Shown: positions 23,382 through 32,000 of the stretch, piece by piece | How the letters are laid out: each line of letters opens with the position of its first letter | Position numbering within the stretch: the first letter of the stretch is position 1 | Source of the DNA: Halomicrobium mukohataei DSM 12286 | Lineage (GTDB): Archaea; Halobacteriota; Halobacteria; Halobacteriales; Haloarculaceae | Direction: 5' to 3' | DNA length: 32,000 bases | Assembly (NCBI RefSeq): GCF_000023965.1 | Contig: NC_013202.1 | Coordinates: forward strand, 2,700,001-2,732,000 | The notes under the pieces: model-generated | The model's input: only the letters and a program-made list of their open reading frames with translations | Databases searched by the model: none | What the model was told of the DNA's origin: nothing | Program-made: the position numbers and the translations under genes

Positions 23382-25579
23382 GTTTCAGACGGACCCTTGT
23401 GGGATTGAAGCTGCGTCGTCCGGTGGCCGTCAATAAATGTCGCAAGGGGTTTCAGACGGACCCTTGTGGGATTGAAGCTCCTACGACCTCGTCGGCGTCA
23501 ACGGCTGGCCCGAGTTTCAGACGGACCCTTGTGGGATTGAAGCCACCCTACAACAGGTGAAATCTACCAGACAAAAGAGTTTCAGACGGACCCTTGTGGG
23601 ATTGAAGCTCACCCAAGCGCAAGCAACAGCTGATCGAGGACCTGGTTTCAGACGGACCCTTGTGGGATTGAAGCGCGACGGCGGCCAGTTCCGCGAGGGC
23701 GGGAAGGTCCGTTTCAGACGGACCCTTGTGGGATTGAAGCTGCGAGTGTTGCGGGGAACCGACTCGGGTAGGCCAGGTTTCAGACGGACCCTTGTGGGAT
23801 TGAAGCACGGTTTCGCTACCACCATCGCCACCAGCAACTGCCGGTTTCAGACGGACCCTTGTGGGATTGAAGCGACGAGTATGCCAACCGGCTCGTGAGC
23901 GGGCGCGTTTCAGACGGACCCTTGTGGGATTGAAGCTGGTAGGCGTCGTAGGTGTTCGTGGCGAGCGTGTCGTTTCAGACGGACCCTTGTGGGATTGAAG
24001 CACTCACTGGATTATGACCCCTACAACGAGGGCGTCAGTTTCAGACGGACCCTTGTGGGATTGAAGCGGATCTCGATCGTTGTAGTATCCATAGCTGCTA
24101 TACCGTTTCAGACGGACCCTTGTGGGATTGAAGCGAAGTAACGCAACTCCAGTGAGCGCTACTGAGAGCCCGTTTCAGACGGACCCTTGTGGGATTGAAG
24201 CCCGATCACGCCCTGCCGATACTGGTAGTTCGCGATAGTTTCAGACGGACCCTTGTGGGATTGAAGCTCGTCGGCCGGCTCGTCGGCCGACGTGGACTTG
24301 CGTTTCAGACGGACCCTTGTGGGATTGAAGCAGTAGGTCTAATGTCTCTCTGTCGTCTATCAGCCCCGGTTTCAGACGGACCCTTGTGGGATTGAAGCGC
24401 TCTCCGGTGTCACAGGTCAGGTCACGGTCTCCGCGTTTCAGACGGACCCTTGTGGGATTGAAGCACGGACAAGTCATCCACCCGCCAGTATCTCCCGGTG
24501 TTTCAGACGGACCCTTGTGGGATTGAAGCAAATACGATCCTGCGGTGACGCTACGTCCGGGGCAGCGTTTCAGACGGACCCTTGTGGGATTGAAGCCAGA
24601 TGTGGGGTCTGTGGCCACAGTCTAACATCTCTGTTTCAGACGGACCCTTGTGGGATTGAAGCCCTGATAACGGACTCTTGTAGGTCCGTTAGGTCGTGTT
24701 TCAGACGGACCCTTGTGGGATTGAAGCAAAAATGAGTGACGTAGACATTCGGCAAAATGCCGGGTTTCAGACGGACCCTTGTGGGATTGAAGCCAGCAGC
24801 GAAACGAGCCGTCCGTCCTTTTGAGACAGTTTCAGACGGACCCTTGTGGGATTGAAGCGTCTAGCCCAGTCTGGTCGGGGTGGTCGGCAGGATCGGGTTT
24901 CAGACGGACCCTTGTGGGATTGAAGCCACTCCTCATATGTCTGTTCGAGCAGCGGGACGTGGTTTCAGACGGACCCTTGTGGGATTGAAGCACCGTTGCC
25001 GCCGATCGGCAGCGAGCCGGTGATGTGTGTTTCAGACGGACCCTTGTGGGATTGAAGCTCAAAGCGAGCCTCGAACGCGACGACGAAGATATGGTTTCAG
25101 ACGGACCCTTGTGGGATTGAAGCTCCTCCTTGTACCCACGGTCTTGCCGATCCATCCCGGTTTCAGATGGACCCTTGTGGGATTGAAGCGACTGGCGTGT
25201 TGCCGTTCAGGCCGGCGTTGATCCCGGTTTCAGACGGACCCTTGTGGGATTGAAGCCTCAGCAGCAGTCAACGGCATTTTATACACCTTGTGTTTCAGAC
25301 GGACCCTTGTGGGATTGAAGCCACCCCTTCCGGGGAGACGAGGAAACCCCGGACGAGTTTCAGACGGACCCTTGTGGGATTGAAGCGTCACGCTGTCTGA
25401 CGATATGGCTGACCAGGTGCGTTTCAGACGGACCCTTGTGGGATTGAAGCCACTCCTGGGCGGCCTCATCGGCGGCCATCGTCGTTTCAGACGGACTCTT
25501 GTGGGATTGAAGCGTTGTGTGAGGTATGCGATGGACACCACCGATCACGGTTTCAGACGGACCCTTGTGGGACCCGGCA
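23382..25579 (+). CRISPR. CRISPR array: 34 repeats of 30 nt (GTTTCAGACGGACCCTTGTGGGATTGAAGC), 33 spacers of 33-38 nt
   Basis: Repeat starts are 23382, 23449, 23514, 23579, 23645, 23711, 23777, 23844, 23907, 23972, 24038, 24105, 24172, 24238, 24302, 24369, 24435, 24500, 24567, 24633, 24698, 24764, 24829, 24897, 24962, 25029, 25094, 25160, 25227, 25292, 25357, 25421, 25484 and 25550. Variants are repeat 28 (C9T), repeat 33 (C14T) and repeat 34, which matches only over its first 23 nt (25550-25572). The repeat differs by 1 nt from the remembered Haloferax volcanii I-B repeat. Confidence 0.98.
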
Positions 25580-25600
25580 CTGTCGCTGGGGACGATCGGC

Positions 25601-27145
25601 TCACTTCTTTCGGATCGTCCCGCCGCCGAGCCCCTCCCACTCGACTCGGTATCCGAGCGCCGACAGGACGGCGCTGGCGTCGTCGAGCCCGTACTCGTCG
25701 AGGACCGCCTCGGCGGCCGACAGCGACATTCCGGTCTCGATCTCGTCGTCGACCGCCGACAGCACGGCCGGCCTGACCAGCGTCCGCCCGACGCGCTCGT
25801 GGTCGGGAACGGATCGGTCCTCGACAGCGGCCTCGCTGACGCCGTGTTCCGCGGCCAGTTCGGCGAGCGTGAGCACGTCGGCGTCGGGAGTGAGTGTCTG
25901 GGGGAGCGTCGCGGCGTTTGCCGCCGTCAGTTCCGACTCGTATCGGCCCAGTGCGTCGCGAACGTCTTTGATCCGGACGGTGCCCGAGTAGGGGATGGCT
26001 CGGTGGTCGCGGGCCTCGATCTCCGCGCCGATATCGCCGGACTCGGTCCGTGAGGCCGACTGCTGGTCGCCGACCGCGAGGCTCTCGTCGACGGCGACGA
26101 GCAGTTCCACGTCGTCGATCTCGGCCAGCTGTGACAGTTTCTTCTCGACGTACTCGGGCGTCCAGAACCCCATGATCTCGAAGAACACGCGGAAGTCGGC
26201 GTACTCGTAGTCGAAGGCGAAGTCGGGGATCGCGACGCGGGAGCCGGCGGCCAGCGGTTCCGGCTCTCGGGTGAGTTCCCAGTCGAGATCCAGCGCTTCG
26301 AAGCGGGCGGCGAAGTCGGCTTCGACGCCGCTGTCGTAGCTGACATCGGTCACCGGCTCGACGTCGGGGACGGACACGTCTTCGTGGGAGAGCCGGAGCG
26401 TTCGCTCGGTGCCGCGGTCGTCGATCGTCGCCCGGAGCGTCCACTCGGCGGCCGAGGCGGCGACGGTTCGCAGGAGTCGGGCAAAGCGTGTACCGTAGCG
26501 CCGCGTTCGCTGGAAGAGCCGGTCCGGGCCGGTGACGACGACGGTCCGGCCCTCGTCGGTGGCTTCGATCTCGTACATGAGACGGAGGCGCTTGACCGCG
26601 GAGACGAGCGTCCGGGGATCGCTCGACCGGAGACGGACCTCGGTGGCGTCGAACAGGGCGGTCTGTGCCAGCGAGAGGTTGTACTGGGCGATCAGTTCGT
26701 CGGGCTCCCAGCGCGTGTCGACGCGGGTCAGGACCTGCCGGCACTCTCGGTCGGCGTAGAGGGACCGTTCGATGTCGGCGGCGTCGACGGCGAGTCCGTC
26801 GGCCGCCCGTTCGATCGCCGCGCGTCGCTCGTCCTCGGAGGCGACCCCGACCGCCTCGCCGGCCTCGAAGGCAGCGCGGCGGGCTCGCGCCGGTGGGACC
26901 GCGGTCCGGGTCTCGAAGGTGGCCTCGCGTTCGACCAGCTTCGCCAGCCCGCGGACGAGCTTGAAGTCGTCGGCCCCTCGTTCGAGGTCGGTAAGCGCTG
27001 TCTGGAGTGTCTCGCGGGCTTCGCCGACGTGGCCCTGGTAGGTGCCGATCACGCTGGCGGCCAGCGGTTCGTCGGCGTCGTCGGCGAACTGCGGGTGGTA
27101 CCCCCCGCCCGCTCGCGAGACGCGCAGCAGGTCCTTCGTGAGCAC
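25601..27145 (-). CDS. bax1: Bax1 (DUF790) endonuclease, partner of archaeal XPB (514 aa)
   Basis: GTG start gives (M)LTKDLLRVSRAGGGYHPQF, the typical DUF790 N-terminus. Nuclease-like core IPDFAF...VFFEIMGFWTPEYVEKK. It lies directly downstream of xpb. Confidence 0.85.
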   Translation of the reverse strand: MLTKDLLRVSRAGGGYHPQFADDADEPLAASVIGTYQGHVGEARETLQTALTDLERGADDFKLVRGLAKLVEREATFETRTAVPPARARRAAFEAGEAVGVASEDERRAAIERAADGLAVDAADIERSLYADRECRQVLTRVDTRWEPDELIAQYNLSLAQTALFDATEVRLRSSDPRTLVSAVKRLRLMYEIEATDEGRTVVVTGPDRLFQRTRRYGTRFARLLRTVAASAAEWTLRATIDDRGTERTLRLSHEDVSVPDVEPVTDVSYDSGVEADFAARFEALDLDWELTREPEPLAAGSRVAIPDFAFDYEYADFRVFFEIMGFWTPEYVEKKLSQLAEIDDVELLVAVDESLAVGDQQSASRTESGDIGAEIEARDHRAIPYSGTVRIKDVRDALGRYESELTAANAATLPQTLTPDADVLTLAELAAEHGVSEAAVEDRSVPDHERVGRTLVRPAVLSAVDDEIETGMSLSAAEAVLDEYGLDDASAVLSALGYRVEWEGLGGGTIRKK

Positions 27146-27186
27146 GGCAGACTATCGGATACCGATCGGCAAAAGCCCGGCGTCGC

Positions 27187-28521
27187 TCACCGACGCCGGG
27201 CGGCGACGTTCTCCTCTGCCGTCTCCTCGCTGACGAGTTCGTACAGCAGCGCCCGCGAGCCGTCCGCCGTCGGCCGCAGGATCCGTCCGAGGCGCTGTGT
27301 GAACTCCCGCTCGCTGCCGCTGCCAGAGAGGACGACGGCGACGTTCGCGTCGGGCACGTCGATCCCCTCGTCGAGGACGTTGGCGGTGACGATGCGAGAG
27401 TACGTGCCGTCGCGGAACCGTTCGAGGATTTCGCGGCGCTCGTCGGCTCCCGTCTCGTGGGTGATCGCCGGCAGCAGGAACCGCTCGGAGAGCCGGTAGA
27501 CCAGATCCGTGTGGGCCGTGAAGACGATCACGCGGTCGTCGCGGTGGCGGTCGAGGATCGTCGCGAGCCGCTCGATCTTCCGGTCGGCGTTCATCATGAC
27601 TTCGCGTGCGCGCTGTTTGGCCAGCAGGGCCTCGCGCGCCTCGGGATCGGTGCCGGACCGCTTGACCAGTTCCTGGTAGTCGCTGCCCGACCGCATCGTG
27701 ATCGAGGACCGCTGGAGGTAGCTGGTAAACGTCTCCTGGTGGCGCTCGTAGGTCGCTCGCTCGGCCTCGGTCAGCGCGACCGCGATGCGCTTGATGTCGT
27801 AGTCCGCGAGGTGGTCGCCAGCGAGTTCGTCGACGGCGATCCGGTCGGCGAGGTCGCCGATCAGTTCCGCGACGGCCTCGTGGGCACCGTCCGGACGCTC
27901 GAAGGTCGCCGTGAGCCCGAGACGGGCCGGGGCGGCGAGCAGGCGGGCGATGTCGCGGTACCCCTCGCCGCCGAGGTGGTGGACCTCGTCGAAGACGACG
28001 AGTCCGAAGCGGTCGCCGAGTTCGTCGGCCCGGAGGTACGCCGAGTCGTAGGTGGCGACGGTCACGTCGGCGACGCGCTGCTCGCCGCCGCCCATGCGGC
28101 CGATCTCGGAGTCGAACTCTCGTTCGAGCTCCGACTGCCACTGGTCGAGGAGGTCGATCGTGGGCACGACGACCAGCGTCGGCGTCTCCAGTGCCTCCAT
28201 CGCCGCGATCCCGACGACGGTCTTGCCGCTCCCGGTCGGCAGTTCCAGCACGCCGCGATCGCCGCTGTCTCGCCAGGCGTCCAGTGCCGCCTGCTGGTAG
28301 TCGCGGAGTTCGTAGGTCGATTCGAGCGCCAGCGTCGGCAGATCGAGCACGTCGTCCTCGTAGGCGACGCCGCGCTCGTCGAGGGCCGCCCGAACGGCGG
28401 CGTAGCGGTAGGCCGGTGCCCGTCCGGTCTCGCTGCGAGCGTCGTACTCGACGCCGGGGAAGTCGGCGGGCAGTCCCTCCGAGAGGCGGATCGTCCCCTC
28501 CTCGAACGACAGTCGTTCCAT
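27187..28521 (-). CDS. xpb: XPB/Rad25 (ERCC3-like) SF2 DNA helicase (444 aa)
   Basis: LRDYQQAAL, Walker A PTGSGKT, DEVHH motif (VVFDEVHHLGG) and later helicase motifs (TATFERPDG, VLDEGIDVP, QRLGRILR). Confidence 0.9.
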   Translation of the reverse strand: MERLSFEEGTIRLSEGLPADFPGVEYDARSETGRAPAYRYAAVRAALDERGVAYEDDVLDLPTLALESTYELRDYQQAALDAWRDSGDRGVLELPTGSGKTVVGIAAMEALETPTLVVVPTIDLLDQWQSELEREFDSEIGRMGGGEQRVADVTVATYDSAYLRADELGDRFGLVVFDEVHHLGGEGYRDIARLLAAPARLGLTATFERPDGAHEAVAELIGDLADRIAVDELAGDHLADYDIKRIAVALTEAERATYERHQETFTSYLQRSSITMRSGSDYQELVKRSGTDPEAREALLAKQRAREVMMNADRKIERLATILDRHRDDRVIVFTAHTDLVYRLSERFLLPAITHETGADERREILERFRDGTYSRIVTANVLDEGIDVPDANVAVVLSGSGSEREFTQRLGRILRPTADGSRALLYELVSEETAEENVAARRR

Positions 28522-28826
28522 CGTCGCCCGGTTGGGCGCTCCGGGGCAAAACGCTGGCGACGGATCGACACCGACAGACGGTCCGTATAGAAAACATCTG
28601 TATTTTGGTTATTCCATATTTTTGGCTATTCTCGTCGAATCAGCGTACCGTCGAGTGAATCCGCCATTACCCGCAGCCAATTATTTTGGCGGTGAAGTTC
28701 GCGATGGCTAACATACTCTGTTACTCCTATTGGCCTGAAACTCCACCAGTCGTAAAATAGTGCCCAGAATCGAACAACAGTAACAGATCCAGGCGTTCGA
28801 ACGGCCAACTGATCAACCTAGGCTAA

Positions 28827-28836
28827 TTATAAAATA
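28827..28836 (+). promoter_or_regulatory. TATA-like TTATAAAATA, probable promoter of the S8 protease gene
   Basis: A strong A/T box in the AT-rich intergenic region, about 80 nt upstream of the ATG at 28916. Confidence 0.35.
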
Positions 28837-28915
28837 TCTATTACGTCCCCATATGATTCTCGAGAGTAAACTTAGAGCCAGTGATAAGTATGTGGTGTCT
28901 GATTTACAGGACGCC

Positions 28916-30772
28916 ATGACACATGGTACACAGAGCTGGCGACGCAGAGGAGTATTGAAATCTATCGGCGCACTCGGGGCACTCGCCGGTGTCGGCGTGA
29001 CGGGCGCGACTCCCGGACGGAGCCCCGGGCCGAAGCCGGACGAACTGATCGTCGGCGCGAAGCGGGGCGTGAGCACTGCCGATGTCGAGTCGGAAGTCTC
29101 GGCCGCGACGACGGCGAACACGTCGGTGGTCCACCGAAACGAGGCGCTTGGCTATCTCGCCGTCGAGCTTCCGGAGGTGAGCACACAGTCCGAACGCGAG
29201 TCGGTCCGACAGCAGTTCGAGAGTCAGCCGAACGTAGCCTACGTGGAAGACAACGTCACCTACGAAACCCAGCTGACGCCCAACGATCCGCAGTTCGGTG
29301 ACCAGTACGCGCCCCAGCAGGTCAACGCCGAGGCGGCCTGGGACACGACGCTTGGCAGTACGGACGTGACCGTCGCCATCGTCGACACCGGCGCACAGTA
29401 CGAACACCCGGACCTGACGAACCTGTTCGGGAGCAATCCCGGCCGGGACTTCGTCGACGGCGACGGCGACCCCGCCCCGGGATCCGCCGGTGAATCCCAC
29501 GGGACCCACGTCAGCGGGTGTGCGTCGGCAGACACCGACAACGGCGTCGGCGTCGCGGGCGTGAGCGACTCGCGACTGTTGAGCGCCCGAGCACTCGGTG
29601 GCGGCGGCGGCGGCGCGCTGTCGGACATCGCCGACGCGGTTCGATGGGCGACCGACCAGGGTGTGGACATCATCAACATGTCGCTGGGCGGGGGCGGCTA
29701 CACCCAGACGATGAAGCGAGCGGTGGAGTACGCCTACGACCAGAACGACGTGCTGGTTGTCTGTGCGGCGGGCAACGACGGCGGTTCCGTCTCGTATCCC
29801 GCGGCCTACGACGAGTGTGTCGCCGTCTCGGCGCTGGACCCGAACGAAGAACTCGCGAACTTCTCGAACCGCGGGCCAGAGATAGAGGTTGCCGCACCGG
29901 GAGTCAACGTCCTCTCGACGGTTCCATACGACGGGTACGACTCCTTCTCCGGGACCTCGATGGCCTCTCCCGTTGCCGCGGGGGTCGCGGCACTGGGGAA
30001 GGCCGCCGAGCCGGGCCTGTCGGCGAGTCAGCTCCGCGAACGGCTCAAGTCGACGGCCGACGGCGTCGGACTACCCGGCGACCAGCAGGGCTCGGGCCGG
30101 GTCGATGCCGCCGACATCGTCCGTGCCAGCGGCGACCCGCCGGACAACGAGACACCGTCGGCCTCCGCCGCCGCCGATCCGACGGATCCCAGCGTCGGCG
30201 AGAGCGTGACCTTCGACGGGAGCGCCTCGTCCGACCCCGACGGCACGATCGAGAGCTACCAGTGGGACTTCGGGGACGGGAACACCGGATCTGGCGTGAC
30301 TGTGGAACACAGTTACGACGCTGCCGGGGAGTACCAGGCGACCCTGACCGTGACCGACGACAGCGGTTCCTCGACGACCGACGGCGTCGTCGTGAACGTC
30401 GCAAGCGGCGGCGGGGACTGCAGTCAGAGCGCCTCGGGGAGTGCCGACGGCCGGCTCACCGGCTGGCGAGACAGCGACAGTTACACCTGGGCGAGTCAGT
30501 TCTCGTCGACCTGTGAACTGACGGTCGATCTCTCGGGAGCGTCGGGGACAGACTTCGATCTCTACGTCACCGCGGACGGCCGGACGCCGACGACCAACGA
30601 CTACGACGCACGGTCGGTGTCGAGCGACAGCGAGGAGTCGGTGACGCTGTCGGAGATCGGTGACTCGGTCGGCATCCTCGTCGACTCCTATCGGGGCAGC
30701 GGCTCCTACACGGTCAGTGTCGAGGAGACCGGCGCGGGCACTCAGGCGACCGCCAGTTCGGAGGGACTGTAA
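28916..30772 (+). CDS. Tat-secreted subtilisin-like serine protease (halolysin-like S8) with PKD and C-terminal PPC-like domains (618 aa)
   Basis: The ATG at 28916 gives MTHGTQSWRRRGVLKSIGALGALAG (twin-arginine signal). Catalytic triad in VAIVDTG, HGTHVSG and GTSMASP. PKD-like SVGESVTFDGSASSDPDGTIESYQWDFGDG. The C-terminal TDFDLYV region is like the pre-peptidase C-terminal domain. Confidence 0.9.
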   Translation: MTHGTQSWRRRGVLKSIGALGALAGVGVTGATPGRSPGPKPDELIVGAKRGVSTADVESEVSAATTANTSVVHRNEALGYLAVELPEVSTQSERESVRQQFESQPNVAYVEDNVTYETQLTPNDPQFGDQYAPQQVNAEAAWDTTLGSTDVTVAIVDTGAQYEHPDLTNLFGSNPGRDFVDGDGDPAPGSAGESHGTHVSGCASADTDNGVGVAGVSDSRLLSARALGGGGGGALSDIADAVRWATDQGVDIINMSLGGGGYTQTMKRAVEYAYDQNDVLVVCAAGNDGGSVSYPAAYDECVAVSALDPNEELANFSNRGPEIEVAAPGVNVLSTVPYDGYDSFSGTSMASPVAAGVAALGKAAEPGLSASQLRERLKSTADGVGLPGDQQGSGRVDAADIVRASGDPPDNETPSASAAADPTDPSVGESVTFDGSASSDPDGTIESYQWDFGDGNTGSGVTVEHSYDAAGEYQATLTVTDDSGSSTTDGVVVNVASGGGDCSQSASGSADGRLTGWRDSDSYTWASQFSSTCELTVDLSGASGTDFDLYVTADGRTPTTNDYDARSVSSDSEESVTLSEIGDSVGILVDSYRGSGSYTVSVEETGAGTQATASSEGL

Positions 30773-30873
30773 CGCGAGTCGGGCAGTATCGACCGACGCG
30801 TCACCGCAATCCCGACGAGCGAGTACGACCGGATTCTGTAATTCTTTTACCCGCGCGACCCCCTGCTACAGGT

Positions 30874-31533
30874 ATGACCGAGCAGGACGCGGCAGAGACC
30901 GAGGCGTCGTCCGGCGAAGCCGACGAGGACGGGACCGAACGAGAGGACGCCGACGCGTCGGGCGAGTCCGCATCCGAGGAGCGTGTCGACGAGGACGCCG
31001 ACGAGGAACTGATCGAACGGGTCGCCGAGTCGGATCCCGAAGAGATCGCCACCGAGCTAGCGGCGCTGCGGACACGCGTCGACGGCCTCGAAGGAGAGGT
31101 CGACGAGCGCGACGCGGCGATCGACGACCTGGAGTCGAAGCTCAAGCGCAAGCAAGCCGAGTTCCAGAACTACAAGAAGCGAATGAAAAAGCGCCGGGAA
31201 GAAGAGAAAAAGCGCGCCACGGAGAATCTCGTCTCGAAACTGCTCGACGTGCGCGACAACCTCCAGCGTGCGCTCGAACAGGACGAAGACGTGGACATCC
31301 GCGACGGCGTCGAATCGACGCTCCGACAGTTCAACGACGTGCTCGACGCCGAGAACGTCGACGTGATCGAACCCGAACCGGGTACCGACGTGGACCCCGA
31401 GTACCACCAGGTACTGGCCCGCGTCGACTCCGACCAGCCCGAGGGGACCATCGACGAGGTCCACCGGGCGGGCTACGTGATGGCCGAGAAGGTGCTTCGG
31501 GAGGCACAGGTCACCGTCAGCGAGGGCGAGTAG
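30874..31533 (+). CDS. grpE: nucleotide exchange factor GrpE (219 aa)
   Basis: Acidic N-terminus, a coiled coil KRKQAEFQNYKKRMKKRREEE, and C-terminal HQVLARVDSD...VHRAGYVMAEKVLREAQVTV. It lies directly upstream of dnaK. Confidence 0.95.
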   Translation: MTEQDAAETEASSGEADEDGTEREDADASGESASEERVDEDADEELIERVAESDPEEIATELAALRTRVDGLEGEVDERDAAIDDLESKLKRKQAEFQNYKKRMKKRREEEKKRATENLVSKLLDVRDNLQRALEQDEDVDIRDGVESTLRQFNDVLDAENVDVIEPEPGTDVDPEYHQVLARVDSDQPEGTIDEVHRAGYVMAEKVLREAQVTVSEGE

Positions 31534-31713
31534 ACACTCGATCCGACACCTGGCGAGTCCGGCGTAGAACCACTCTGAGCGGTAGTATTGTGGTTGGGTT
31601 TATATCCACCGGTCGAATAGTCACCACTGGTCGAAAACGGTACGCATGCGGTCCCTCCCCGTGATTCCTCACCATCGAATCTAGCAACTTTTAACCGGCG
31701 CAATCGGGTATAG

Positions 31714-32000
<287 letters not shown>

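Noticed and set aside
24927-25483. Spacers 24 and 32 both begin with CACTCCT.
   Set aside because: A 7-nt coincidence among 33 spacers is not significant, and the rest of the two spacers is unrelated.
23517-25548. ORFs running through the CRISPR array with repeated peptides (FNPTRVRLK, LQSHKGPSET, FRRTLVGLK).
   Set aside because: The periodic peptides are simply translations of the 30-nt repeat in different frames, not coding sequence.
25545-28597. Very Arg-rich ORFs (25545-26744 minus, 26384-27499 plus, 27152-28597 minus, 27457-28590 plus) overlapping bax1 and xpb.
   Set aside because: Their composition (30-40 percent Arg/Pro/Gly by eye) is non-protein-like. The alternative frames give clear DUF790/Bax1 and XPB helicase motifs.
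28626-28808. 60-aa minus-strand ORF in the AT-rich xpb/protease intergenic region.
   Set aside because: It has a TTG start, no SD or promoter in a suitable position, and a composition unlike the acidic haloarchaeal proteome. It is more likely non-coding.

Overview
This is a high-GC haloarchaeal segment with an acidic proteome. Positions 1-11.6 kb hold ordinary chromosomal genes: a wHTH regulator with a membrane partner, a Tat-secreted protein, a class I/II aminotransferase, a metallophosphoesterase, a Dph6-like PP-loop ATPase, a tandem USP, a DUF373-like membrane protein, SppA, a PAC2-like protein, and a NOL1/NOP2/Sun m5C RNA methyltransferase with a translationally coupled partner. Positions 11.6-12.2 kb are a visibly lower-GC non-coding islet and carry the most interesting signal. 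Two degenerate CRISPR repeats there flank a 27-nt pseudo-spacer, forming a crRNA-like element of the CreA/CreR type. The first 21 nt of the pseudo-spacer match (19/21) a TTC-flanked site 0.4 kb upstream. Positions 12.2-21.4 kb are a complete type I-B cas operon (cas6b-cas8b-cas7-cas5-cas3-cas4-cas1-cas2). At 21.4-23.2 kb an intact IS200/IS605-family element (tnpA + tnpB, minus strand) is wedged between the cas2 stop codon and the CRISPR leader. At 23.4-25.6 kb lies a CRISPR array of 34 x 30-nt repeats and 33 spacers, read on the + strand. At 25.6-28.5 kb is the xpb-bax1 operon on the minus strand. An AT-rich divergent promoter region follows, then a Tat-secreted halolysin-like S8 protease, grpE and the 5' part of dnaK. 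Many long Arg/Pro-rich ORFs in the six-frame track are shadow frames of the high-GC genes. The track also shows GTG/TTG starts as M, so several starts were re-assigned by reading the sequence.
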